A stretch of 55,869 nt of DNA, counting the filler, from Platydemus manokwari (taxonomy: Eukaryota), in the NCBI GenBank assembly GCA_037951405.1. It is 5 parts of 5 records of this genome, joined end to end, with 100 filler letters (N's around TTAATTAATTAA, not from the genome) between each part and the next. Parts side by side here need not be neighbours in the genome. Positions count along the whole stretch, not along the records: positions 20,733 to 29,488 come from JBBMOY011355093.1; positions 29,589 to 44,992 come from JBBMOY011289206.1; 3 more parts are not named here. One strand, written 5' to 3'. This document shows positions 26,957-38,937 of this stretch, piece after piece. Position numbers and translations under genes: made by a program. Under the pieces are notes generated by a model, which was not told the DNA's origin, made no database searches, and was given only the letters and a program-made list of their open reading frames with translations. Within the stretch, counting starts at the first letter, position 1, and the number at the start of each line of letters is the position of its first letter.

Positions 26957-27571
26957 TTAATGTTTATTTGTGGTAATTTTTCTTTTCAATAAAACTGGGA
27001 CAAAATGAATGTTCAACAGGCCTAAGTACAACAAATGACATATCTTGCCGTAATATAATGCAGAAAATTCAATAATTCATTTTTTTAAAGGAATATCCAA
27101 AACAGAATATCAAATTTTTAATTGTACACATTATATACACGAAAACCGAAACTAATAGAATTTCCACACACGACTTGACTTCGGAATGGCAAAATTTCGT
27201 GTTTTGATCATATTGATTATTGGTCAATAATTTTGAAGATTTACGATGTTTGATAATATCCATTATCAATACAATATTGCAGGAAAAATATAGAATGTCG
27301 TAAAGCAAGCAACGCGGGTGATACGATAATCTATAATAAACATACCAACTTGAGAGAGGATTATTTATTTCGCAACTAGTTTCTTCATATTGTAGATTAT
27401 AATATTGGTGATAAATAAAAAAATGTGTGGAATCAAACTCATAACATTCAACATAATTAAAAGAGGTACTGCAAAAAATGCAATTTTGTAACCATATGGT
27501 CTACTACGAAATGGCCATTTGATAGCAACACATCTATTGATATAAGAAAACAATAAAATTAAATACGACAT
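26957..27571 (-). pseudogene. 5'-truncated, frameshifted tandem copy of the adjacent GPCR
   Basis: MSYLILLFSYINRCVAIKWPFRSR and SEVKSCVEILLVSV nearly match the intact gene; frameshifts and stops; 3' flank 26890-26956 also matches 27830-27897. Confidence 0.9.
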
Positions 27572-27897
27572 TAATTATTATTATTATTACCTTGGTTTCA
27601 TAATAATAAATTTATCAAAATTTGAACATCTTTTATATTCATATAGATATTTCTTTTTATTACCTATTAAATTACTCATAACTACTACCTGACAGATTAT
27701 CTAAACATTTTTCTTTCCACCTGAAGGTAGATGGGGCAGATCATTAATTTCTATAAAAAGTTATTGTATAAATAAAACTGTAAAACATAAGTAAATACTT
27801 TTAAATAAACATGGTTACCGTGCATAAAACATACAATAATCTGAACGTGAAATTATTCAGTGCTAAAAAACAGTAATTAAATTGAGTACTATAAAAT

Positions 27898-28950
27898 TTA
27901 ATGTTTCTTTTTGGTGATTTTCATTTTTATAAGAAGAGGAACAAAATGAATGTTTAACAGACCTAAGTACAACAAATGACATATCTTGCCGTAATATACT
28001 GCAGATAATTCATGTGTTTTGAAGAGAAATTCATAAAAAAGTAAAACATTTTCAATTGTACTCATTATATACACCGATACCGAAATTAATAGAATCTCTA
28101 CGCACGACTTGATTTCGGAATTTCGTAATTTCGTGTTTTGATCATGTTGATTATTGGTCAATGATTTTGAAGATTTACGATGTCTGATAATAGCTATAAT
28201 CAATATAATATTACAGGACAGATATGGAATGTTGTAAATCAAACCACGTGGATGATGAAATAATTTATAATATAAATTCCAAGCCATGAGTAGATCATGT
28301 GATTCGCAATTTGTCGATTTAGTTCGTGCATTGTAATATAGATCAAAAATAAATAAATGTGGTACTGAACTCAAAACATTCAACATGATTGAAACACCTA
28401 CTGCAAACAATGCAGTTTTGTAACCATATAATCTGCTACGCAATGGCCATTTTATAGCTACACATCTATCAATACAAGAAAACAATAAAATTAAATACGA
28501 CATTTGATCGACGAATGTCAATAAACCATTTTGAAATTTGCATAAAAAATTACTTTTTGTGTTCAAAATCAAATAATATTTACCCCCACTCAATAGAGGA
28601 AGAGCTTTAGCAGAAAAAAAAAATAACCAAATATAGACAAAATTAGTAAGAATAATTGATGCAGCCAATGATATCAAATACACTTTGTGCCTCGTTAGTT
28701 TTTTTGATTTAGTGAATTGGTAAATAATCAATACATTGACAATCAATCCAATAATTGACATAATAGTGTTGAAATATCCGACCAAGTAGGAAATAAAAGT
28801 CATATTTTTACAATGTGTTATCGCCAATTGAATATATTTATTGGATCCATTTAAATGTGCTATTGCGCAAAAATATAATTCAACAAACTGATTTGGTCGA
28901 TATGGATTGTTAACAAAATTCTGAATAATCTTTAGGTGTTTCTCTGCCAT
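27898..28950 (-). CDS. Intronless class A (rhodopsin-like) orphan GPCR, resembling flatworm-expanded families
   Basis: 350-aa ORF with about 7 hydrophobic segments; TM1 GLIVN, TM2 YLISLA, TM3 LCKF...CIDRCVAIKWPL (DRY variant), TM4 proline, ECL2 cysteine; no canonical NPxxY. Confidence 0.9.
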   Translation of the reverse strand: MAEKHLKIIQNFVNNPYRPNQFVELYFCAIAHLNGSNKYIQLAITHCKNMTFISYLVGYFNTIMSIIGLIVNVLIIYQFTKSKKLTRHKVYLISLAASIILTNFVYIWLFFFSAKALPLLSGGKYYLILNTKSNFLCKFQNGLLTFVDQMSYLILLFSCIDRCVAIKWPLRSRLYGYKTALFAVGVSIMLNVLSSVPHLFIFDLYYNARTKSTNCESHDLLMAWNLYYKLFHHPRGLIYNIPYLSCNIILIIAIIRHRKSSKSLTNNQHDQNTKLRNSEIKSCVEILLISVSVYIMSTIENVLLFYEFLFKTHELSAVYYGKICHLLYLGLLNIHFVPLLIKMKITKKKH

Positions 28951-29488
28951 AACAAATACAAATAAAATGAAAAGAAAGATTTGCTTTCCATTTTATATCA
29001 ATACTTGCACAGATATCAACAAATCAAAATCAATTTTGCTGCTTCGTTGAAGATTTTATTTCTATTTTCTCAACGTGATTTGTCAGTTTAAAATTTTTAT
29101 TTATTATTGGAAATTTGAATAACAAGAAACAAAATCTCATTTGATGCTATGGCACTCGCTCGCGTAACATATTCCTTGTTTCACAAAATATACATACAGA
29201 TACACACAAACACGACAAAACATATATGTAAATGAATTATTATTCGATTTTTATATATAAATTTTATATTATAGCTGAAATTATGAAATAGCACATTTGA
29301 GAATCATAAACCCGAAAATCATTTATAAACAAAACATGAGAGAAATTTAAATAAATTTTATATTATTTAAAATAAATGAAGAAGCACAAATGAAAAATAT
29401 CTGCAAATAAGAAGACAATTTTTTGTTGAATTAAATGCAATTATGATGTTAACATATGGAATGATAACTGAAATTTTAAACAATGAAA

Positions 29489-29588
29489 NNNNNNNNNNNN
29501 NNNNNNNNNNNNNNNNNNNNNNNNNNNNNNNNTTAATTAATTAANNNNNNNNNNNNNNNNNNNNNNNNNNNNNNNNNNNNNNNNNNNN
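29489..29588. other. Assembly gap linker (hides the N-terminus of the first P450)
   Basis: N44-TTAATTAATTAA-N44; the P450 frame is open up to the gap. Confidence 0.98.
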
Positions 29589-30932
29589 ATTAAATTATTT
29601 CAACAAATGAGAAACCAATATGGCGACATTTGGTCCATGGAATCAGGTAGTCAGAGAATTGTGACTTTTGCATCAGTTGATGTCATCAATGAATCTTTTA
29701 AAAACAACGCTCATTTATTTTCTGGAAAACCTCTGAATGAACTCATCGACATTTTATCAGATAGAAAAGGAATGATTTTAAACGATGGTCTGATATGGAA
29801 ACAAACAAAGCAAATAAGTATTAAAGCATTGAAGAAGTTGGGAGTGAGTACAAATGATTATGGAAACAAGATCAACGATCAATGCAATTCATTAATAAAG
29901 TATCTTCTTAATAAATGTGAGGAACCGGTAAACATAACAATTATTTACGCGAAAACAATTTTAAATATTGTAACCAGGCTCAATTTCGACGAGTCTATCG
30001 ACCATGATGTTCAAACAGTCGACAAATTAATAACTGATATTGATGATAGTTTAAAAACTGAGATAAACTTAGGCTTGGTTGTTGCAATTCCGAGATATTT
30101 CGCAAAAAAACAATTTAGAAGATTGTTTAAGGAAGAAAGTAAATTATTTCAAGCATGGGAGAATATGTTCAGCTTTGTCTCAAAGAAATGCCATGAACGA
30201 GTGCATATTCTAACTGTAAACCAAACACCGAAGTGTGTTTTTGATTATCTTTGGAATGATTTCGATAAGATATCTATCGATAAAGATATAAAAATGAAAA
30301 ATATCATTCATACAATGATTGATTTTTATCTCGGAGGGGTTGAAACGACATATAATTTTATCGCATTTTGTACTTTAATGTTGGGTCGATATCCTGAATT
30401 ACAAAATGAATTGAGAAGTGAGATACGCACTTTAACTGATGATTATAAGAGTATCAATATGAGTATGAGAAAACACTGTCCAAAATATTTATCATTTATT
30501 GATGAGATCCACAGATATTGTTGTATGGTGACTACTAGTGTAAATCGAGTGACAGAGTCGTGTAGATTTCGAGGTTATGATCTTTACTCAGATGATATTA
30601 TCATTCTAGATTATGGAACATCTAATCGAGACAAGAACTTTTACAAATATCCTGATAAATTTGATCCTTATAGATTCTTGGATGAATCGCATAATCAATA
30701 TCTTCCCTATAAACATCTCTTCCCGTTTGGAATTGGTCGTAGAGCTTGTATTGGTGAAAACATGTCAAATACGGAAATATTTCTAATTCTGTGTAAAATA
30801 ATTCTCGTATTCAATATCTCATTGCCCAATGATACTTTGAATAGATTTGAAAATATTTTAGAAGGCAAAGCAGGCTTTATTCACGGGCCATTGGATCATT
30901 CAATTCATTTACATTTATTGAGTTCCACTTAA
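29589..30932 (+). CDS. Cytochrome P450, clan-2-like, no intron in the visible part, 5'-incomplete
   Basis: Frame open from the gap (IKLFQQMRNQYGD, matching MKFFKQMRDKYGD of the paralogue); I-helix GGVETT, K-helix EIHR, FDPYRF, heme motif FGIGRRACIG. Confidence 0.95.
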   Translation: MKLFQQMRNQYGDIWSMESGSQRIVTFASVDVINESFKNNAHLFSGKPLNELIDILSDRKGMILNDGLIWKQTKQISIKALKKLGVSTNDYGNKINDQCNSLIKYLLNKCEEPVNITIIYAKTILNIVTRLNFDESIDHDVQTVDKLITDIDDSLKTEINLGLVVAIPRYFAKKQFRRLFKEESKLFQAWENMFSFVSKKCHERVHILTVNQTPKCVFDYLWNDFDKISIDKDIKMKNIIHTMIDFYLGGVETTYNFIAFCTLMLGRYPELQNELRSEIRTLTDDYKSINMSMRKHCPKYLSFIDEIHRYCCMVTTSVNRVTESCRFRGYDLYSDDIIILDYGTSNRDKNFYKYPDKFDPYRFLDESHNQYLPYKHLFPFGIGRRACIGENMSNTEIFLILCKIILVFNISLPNDTLNRFENILEGKAGFIHGPLDHSIHLHLLSST

Positions 30933-32489
30933 ATTGGTTTAAAATAGTTTCAGTTATTGATCTTTATCTCATTTCTATAGATTTAACACCAGATATAATT
31001 CTGATGGCAAAATAATTCCTGTGAAACTTTGTATTGGAGTTTGAGTAAAACATGTCTGAGAACATTGTTTATTTCCAAGGCCAATGTAGATTATTAATTA
31101 ATCAATTTCAACGATCAAAGATTTTCGAATAAAACCTAAAATTACATTTTAACACTCATGACATTTTTGAAAGATAATTTTTCTCCATTTCGTGATAAGG
31201 GTCACTTCAACTCCTCTAGTAGATGATATTAGATAGTGCTAGATAATACAATACAACGCATGGTTTTATAATTGGATACTGACAAGTTATCTCCCGATAA
31301 CAATATTTCCTCTTTCTCTTAAACAAAATCATTATTGCTACAGGTTATATTATGAAATAGTTTTTATCAAATATTTGTTTTTTTCATTTCTATAAATTCT
31401 GCAAGTTCTAATTATGAAATAATCCAATGATAAATTTTAACCAATGAGATAAATAAAATGATTTCCAAGCAATAAATTTGGAAATAAAAATCCAATCATT
31501 ATTTGAAAATATTTTCATACCCTCACACACACACACACACTTGAATATATATTCCGGAAGCTTGTAACTATTAAATATAAATGATAAATACAAAACAAAA
31601 CTCAAATATAATATTTACAAAGCTATCCATTTATTGACAATGACTGCCGAAATCGATATGTTTACACTTTTTTATTTCCTCGTATTCTTAATGAAAATTT
31701 TGCTTATTCTGTTAAGAACTCTTCTTAATGTTTTCCACTAATACCATGCACGGGTACACTGTTTTTATATTTTATGTGAATCCAACTAGTCACTTGTTCT
31801 TTTTCTTTGTCTTTTATCTTTTCTGATATTAGCATTTTTATAATATGTTCTTCCTTATCTTCTTTTCAGTTCGTTATTTTTTCTTTTTTATTGTTACTCA
31901 CTATGTTGGGATTTCCCACCAACATTTTTGTAAATATTTTTCACATGAAATATAATTTCACTCAATAATTTCACTTGCATGTCATGCAATAATGTACACA
32001 ACAATATAACTTCCTGACTATGGATGAGGAGCAAGCCATCCGAGGACAATTAAGCAAAGAAGCCAGGAATGATTAATAAAATTGATAACAATTGATTCTT
32101 GAGTCTTTAATAATGATTGATAATGTATTGAGTATAAATTGACAATTCATTGTGCTACGTATTATTAGTTAACATTGGCTGTTTTTATTTTTATGATTTA
32201 AATAATGAATAATGTTTAATGATTATTTTTATTGATTATGTTGTAAGCAGTAAGTGATTAGAATAGTTAATAGGACAATATAAATTAAATAATAAGTAAT
32301 AAAATTGAATAAAAAGGATTAAATAGTTATAATTCATAATAATATTAAAGCAAATAATAGTGCGGAAAAAGGTCATAACATAAATTAAATAAGTTTATTA
32401 AAAAACACAAAAAACACATTGAAAATTTACACGAAAATAGCGATAATGATGCACTACTTTCAAAATTTGATCCACAACCACTTTTCGCG

Positions 32490-32900
32490 TTGTGCTGGCC
32501 ATTCTGCCTTTGGTACGAATGCTTTTTCTGTAAGTGTGACAAATGGTATTAAAAATCTCCGACAGTTTCACCGCTTTCTGCGATCTGGATAAGAATTGAA
32601 TTTTTGACGAATAATGCGGCCGAAGTCACCACTAATTAGGTTCTCCTATAAGACGTCTTTCATTGCCATTCATTGAGCTACGTTTCACCTGTCGATTTGA
32701 TTGTAAGCTTCTCTTGTTGCGCCTTTTAAGTAAAGAAGCAGTCTTTAGATCGTTGTCCTTTTAGCCCAACGGTGTGCGGATGCATACATAAAATAATCTG
32801 TCATGAAGTCTATGAAGTCAACTTGTTATCCACCATACTGTTCGACAGGAAGCTTTTGACAAAAGGCAAAATCGGCCTGTGGAACGATTCGTATTTGGTG
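32490..32900 (-). mobile_element. Ty3/Gypsy gag remnant
   Basis: Minus-strand fragments RLLLYLKGATREAYNQI, MKDVL.ENLISGDFGRIIRQKF and Q/K.GETVGDF..HL resemble the Retrotrans_gag major homology region; interrupted by stops and frameshifts. Confidence 0.65.
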
Positions 32901-35900
32901 TTGAGTTTACTGTTGACCTGAAGAGGATTGATTTTCTGAATCCTGGTTCTCTAAATGCATAACGTAAAAAATATTCGAATAAGGGCTCACCAAATAATTG
33001 TCGAGTAATTGTAAACAATTAATAAAACTCTGACCCCTAGATAAATAATATATTTTCTGTATATTAATCAATACACAAATTACACTGCTCAAGATCTCAA
33101 CCAAACTTGGCTTTCAACTGACAGTTTTTCATCTTTATATCGATTTTTATATTCGCAATTTGTGCATTAATTGTGTATCATGTGGCATCATATTTTGATT
33201 CGATATTTATTTTTCTGTGTTCCTATTTGGTTTTTAAGTTTTTACATGAGTTGGATTGACCACTCTGTATGTGTGTGTGTTGTTGAGTAGCCATGCTCCT
33301 TTTTCCGATTGTAGTTCACCATATAACTTCACTATGATTGGCTGATTGTCATGCCTGTATGGTTGTGTAGGTATGCAAATGTCAAAAGTGCCAAAACAAG
33401 GTTTCGAGGTGCAAATCCGTTTTTATTTTTTCAGAATTTCATCTCACTCAATAAATTCATAATTGTATATAAGGTAATCAATATGTCTTATATAACTGAC
33501 TTCTTCTCTGTCCTGTTTAGGATTTTCATCAACTCTCATTCGAGATGCGCTGAGCATTGAAAAAAATTTGTTTTATAATATTTTCGGCTCTTGTTAAATA
33601 AAAGTAATAAACATTTTCTTATCAATAAAAATTTATAAAAATTATCTTGAGAGTTTTGAATTGATTATATGCACAGAGATCAGTGAATAAACATTTGCTA
33701 ATCGATAATATACTTTTAGATCTATTGCCAAACCAAGGCTACTCTATTCATAATATAACTTAAATAATCGATATTCATACACGATGAATCGAAATTAGCT
33801 TTCACAATCTTAGATTGTGTTAGTATATTTGCCAATAATGTGGTCTTCAATACCCGTTGTTGAAGCTCCTTAGGACCAGTAATAGATAAAAGATAATGAT
33901 AATAAGAATACATAAATTAACAAACTAATAATCAATAATTAACCAAGAGAACCGAAAACCAAACCTTAGTTTATCTAATAATTATAAACAGGATTTGTTT
34001 CACAACATCATTCTTATTAGACTCATCTTTTAATTCATAAATTATTAACTGTGATTCCTGTCCAAAGGGGCGATTTGTAATCTCCCAATTTTCTATTATC
34101 TCCTTTTCTAAGTTTAATTCCTTTCCTTCGTGCTACATACTAACTACACATATTTTTTATTCTTTATTTTATCACATTGATTGTTCTTGAACAATTTGTT
34201 CTCTTTTACTTAGTTTAATTGTACACATATACTGTCCAATTTATATTGTGAAAACCCTAAATAAATTATACATTCTTCCTCCTTTAGATTCCTCATTTTA
34301 TGTAATATTATTATTTCTTATGCTACTAACTTATAATTATCATCTAATTGTTGTATTGGTTTTCTCTTATTTTTCTTAATTGTTGTGCATGCATGTGTCG
34401 TGAAATTTATTTCATATTCCTTTTCTCCATGAAATGCCCATACATTTACTTTTAATGGTTTTTGTAATTAGGGATTTTTCCTTATTATTCTTCCACATTT
34501 CATTCTTCTATTCTTCATCTTTTATCTACACGGTGTGTTTTGCATACTGCCGTACTTGTTGGATTATATCCTTGACTCTCAAATTTATTTCCATTTACTA
34601 GTATTTGTATAATTTCTACTTTATCGTCAAGGTTAATGATTTCTTTCTTCTGATTTTGTCATCTCTGTTTTTCACTTCAGTACAAAGCATATTTGTTCAT
34701 GTTTCGCCATTGTAATTTAATTATTATCCATGATTTTGTTTTCTCTTCTTCTTAATGAATTGTTTTTTATCTTCTTTTTGTAATAGGATAGCGATTTATT
34801 ACTGGTGTTTGATTGGTTAAATTGGTTAAATTGTGAGTGGTCTACCTATCTTTTCTTCTATCTATCTTTCTATCTTTTCGATTAATTCTTTTTCTTCTAA
34901 TAATCTTTAATATTCGTTTTTAAATTATTGAAATGATTTTTTTGCATTCTTTAGAATGTCTTCTAGCATTATATTTCTCATTATTTTCTTTCTCTTATCG
35001 ATACACGTGTTGCTGATTTTGTAAATTATATCCTTTCCTTTTATATGCGCTTCTAATTCTATCTCTTATTCCATCGTAGTTATTAGAATTATTATTTCTA
35101 TTCGGGTAAATCCTATTCTGATATTGTTGGTCAAATTCTCTATTACCGATTTCATTTTCATTTCTCTGACTCCATTCGTTTTTGTTTATTCATATTCTTC
35201 ATTCCTATCTCTGTTATCAAAATTTTTGTCGTAGCTTTGTCCACTTCGATCGTAATTCCTATTTTGGTATATTCGATTTTGTTGATTATTATTATTATTA
35301 CAATCATCGTCTTTCTTTTGGATTTTTTCTAATATTTTTGTTCGAATCTGAACAGGTCATGTTCACATATTTTTTCTCATTCAACTTTCACAACCTTATT
35401 GTTTGAAGGCAATAGGTGAGGCAATAGTGATATAATATATCTATCAGCCTCAAAGAATGTAAACTATAAAAATTCCTAATTATGTTGACGCCAATGACAG
35501 TGAGCAATGATTTATGATCCCTATTTAATCAAAAACTCAAGTTTGTTTAAAAAATCTATAATAATAAGTAACAGTTACACAAACTGGCTAACAAATAAAA
35601 TGATCAAATAAAATTACAAATTGGTTTCAATACTCCACTATACATCAACCTATTGACAGATCTCAAACGGCTCTTGGATTAAAAAACGGTAAATTAGCTC
35701 CTTCTCGTGGAGCGAAACCAATTACCAATCAAGATCATTGAGTAAAAGCTTGATAATAAGTGATAGGCAATATAATAAAGATTGGTATTTTATACAAATA
35801 TATACTACAAATATATCCTATATCTTCCTGTAAAATACTGAGCATGTAGTGAAATTCTGATCTCCGACACTGAATGATTTTATCTCGTGCTGTCCTTGAA

Positions 35901-36885
35901 TGCAGAATAATGTGTCCTATCCTCCATTTTAGTAACGCGCAACTGTGTCTTCGATAATATGTGTTAAAGTGGCCTTATATTGGCAGTGATGAATCATTCG
36001 CCGATATTCTCTGCGATTAAATTCAATGACAGTGTATTTGTTATTTTCTCGATGGAAATTATTTATCGTAGAGAGAAAGTCTCTACGATTGAATTCATTA
36101 TACAGAGAAATATTCTCTCTGAATATTTTATTCAGTGACTGTATTTATTGTGTGCATTACAGGTGGCAATTTATTTGTCAAGGTTATTGCGCGTTGTTAT
36201 TTTATAAATAAATTTATTATTTAGGGAATATAATAGATTTTTCTTCAAGGGGGTTTTTCAGGCATTATTATTTTAGACATTTACAGATAATAATTATTAT
36301 AAATACCAATATATTATTTTATAATTACTATAATAAACGGGTGTCACTCAAGTGTTCCAAGAATTGTTAAGACAAAAAATAAGAACTAATTAAATAAAAA
36401 TTAATGCACATGCCATACCTATTGTCATGCATAAAAATACAATTGTAATAAAAATTGTTATACGACGTTGCACAGAGTTTGGGCTTGAATCAATCATTTT
36501 GTCAAAACCCCAACAAATGCATGTACAGAGAAATAATATTAAAAAATGGCTAAACTTTGTAAAATATGATTACAATTGAAGACTATGCCAGTAATAAATA
36601 ATGTCCATGATTAAAGTTATATTTTATTTGAAACTTTTGTAATTTAAAAGCTGTGAAAGTATTTTATAAAAAATTATAATTATATTTGTAAACAGAATTG
36701 ATTTCTGCCAATCACATTGCGAACCTAAAATGTAGATAGAAGTCAGATACATATTTTTGTACCTTCTTAACTCTTTCTGTTACTCAAATGCTTTCAAAAA
36801 TAATCTGTAGTAGATTATTATATTCAATCTAGATCCGTAAAATTTATCAACATCTCGGAACAGTAGATTTTTTCGTTAAATAAAA

Positions 36886-37288
36886 CAGGGGCGCGAAACA
36901 TATTGGGGGTGTCTAAAATTTTTAATTCTAAAATAAAATTTAGTTGTTATAATTTCTGGTTTGTTGAAAGTTATTTTTTGCATGAATTAAACTCTTCATT
37001 TTACTGCTGTTGTTTCAATAATATTGAAACAATGCAGATTTAAAAAGATTTAATACCCAGGAAAATGGATAAGTGGCTAATGAAAAGTGATGCATAAAAT
37101 TCTGCAGCTTCAGATCTGGAATTATAGGGTGAGAATGAGAACAACTATGTGAAAAATTCTCAAGAAAAAGAAGATCCAAAAATAAGAAATCGCACAATAT
37201 GAGTTGACCTATTACGGGCCTATTTTAGGGATGTCAGTTGCTAATATAATAAAAATGGGGGCGCAATTTAAAAGGTGTGCCACCCCTG
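36886..37288. mobile_element. hAT-type MITE (403 bp)
   Basis: Termini caggggcgcg... / ...gccacccctg (TIR CAGGGGYG); 8-bp flanks aaataaaa / aaataaat (7/8 TSD). Confidence 0.7.
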
Positions 37289-38937
37289 AAATAAATGTCT
37301 GATTATTATATTTAGAACAAAATTTAAATTAACTACATTTCTCATTGAGTTCACGTATAAAATCGTTGAGATAAGGTTAATCGAAACTAGATTCATCACA
37401 AGGAACATTTTTCAAATCCTTGCACACATATCCAGTTCTTTCAAAAATTCCATAACCAATTTCTTATTTAGGTTTCATTTTATTTTTTTCCAATTTTTAA
37501 AATTCTCTGATTTTCTCACTGGAAGAAGTTTCTCGATCTCTTTAATAGTCTCATTCAGAATATCAAATGATGAAAGTATTACAAGGCTTCGTTTTTAGAT
37601 ATCCAACGATAAAATCTTTTGGAATAGTTTGACAAGTCTAATCATTATAATATCTGTTATTGGACATATTGGCTCACCAATTGTCATTGCCGGAAGTTGA
37701 TAAACTAAATGGCGAACAATTGTATACGTGAAATACAATTGGCTTAATATTGTCAGGTTGTTTACCATTTATTTAAAATAAAAGGTTAAGTATACTCCAA
37801 ACAAATAAACAAACGGTTCTTATTAAATGTCTAATTTGAATTCGGATAATTTTTGAATTAAATTTTTTTTAGTTTTTAACTTAATTTTTTATTTTCATTT
37901 TTATTGATTTAATATTTTTTAAAATTATTCCTCAAGTAAATTTGACAATCTAATAAAATTTTATAAAAGTTGATTGACACAATGATCTAGCGTCAATGTA
38001 AACAAATTTCGATTGAAAAACTGATAATACATAACTTTAAGGCATTTTGATCACAAGTTGTTGCTCTGCTATCAAAATTATTAGATTTATTCGAAACCAA
38101 ATATCGACATTTGTCCTCGATATTAATATCAGAATTTAAAATTGCAATACTTTGAAATTATAAAAGCCATACTATAATGTTTTTAGATTTGAGGATTTTA
38201 TTCTATACTTTGGAGGAACCTAATAATATTTTTAATAATATTTTATTTTCAAATAATGTATAAAATGGTGATAAATACGATTGACACAATAAAATCCTCT
38301 TATATCTGAGTAAAAGTTAAACAAAATAAATTTTGGCTTATTTTCTAAATTTGAAACACAGCAATTTAAATTGTGATAGTCATTTCTTGGAAATCAAAAA
38401 TACTATTATTCGTTAATAATGATCACTAAAAACTGTATTCATTGTATGAGGACAGTTATATGTTGTTTCACTTTGTGGAGTTGCTTTGCTATTTAATTTG
38501 ATGATTCTATGCAAAATTGCTAAATACAAATTGAATGGAGGGTTGAAGAACCCCTAAGTCAAAGTATAATTTTTATGTATACCTAGAAGACAATGATAAT
38601 TTTCTAATTTAATCGCCATCCAAACCAAAGCATAACTTAAATTTAAATTAAAAAAAATCCAAAGAAATGTTTCAATAATAAGGACTACATCCACTAACAA
38701 TGAATAAATTATTAAAAAGGAAAAGATTTAAATATCTAATAGAGAGTAGTATGTACCAATAATTTCATTAATCTGATATTAGCTATATTATCGATAATCT
38801 TTTACGGAATGCTACACATTGTTTTAATAGATCACCTGATATATATATATATATATAGTGTTAATATCATTGGCTGTATATTTATATAATTATTTATAAT
38901 ATTTTCAGAGCTTATTTGATTACTAGAGCTGTGAAAT

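Noticed and set aside
34000-35400. Pyrimidine-rich tract, probably an old retroelement on minus
   Set aside because: No diagnostic motif could be read.
35700-36000. Possible Crypton/tyrosine-recombinase relic on minus (TLFCIQGQHEIKSFSVGD)
   Set aside because: A single weak motif; no catalytic R-H-R-Y set seen.
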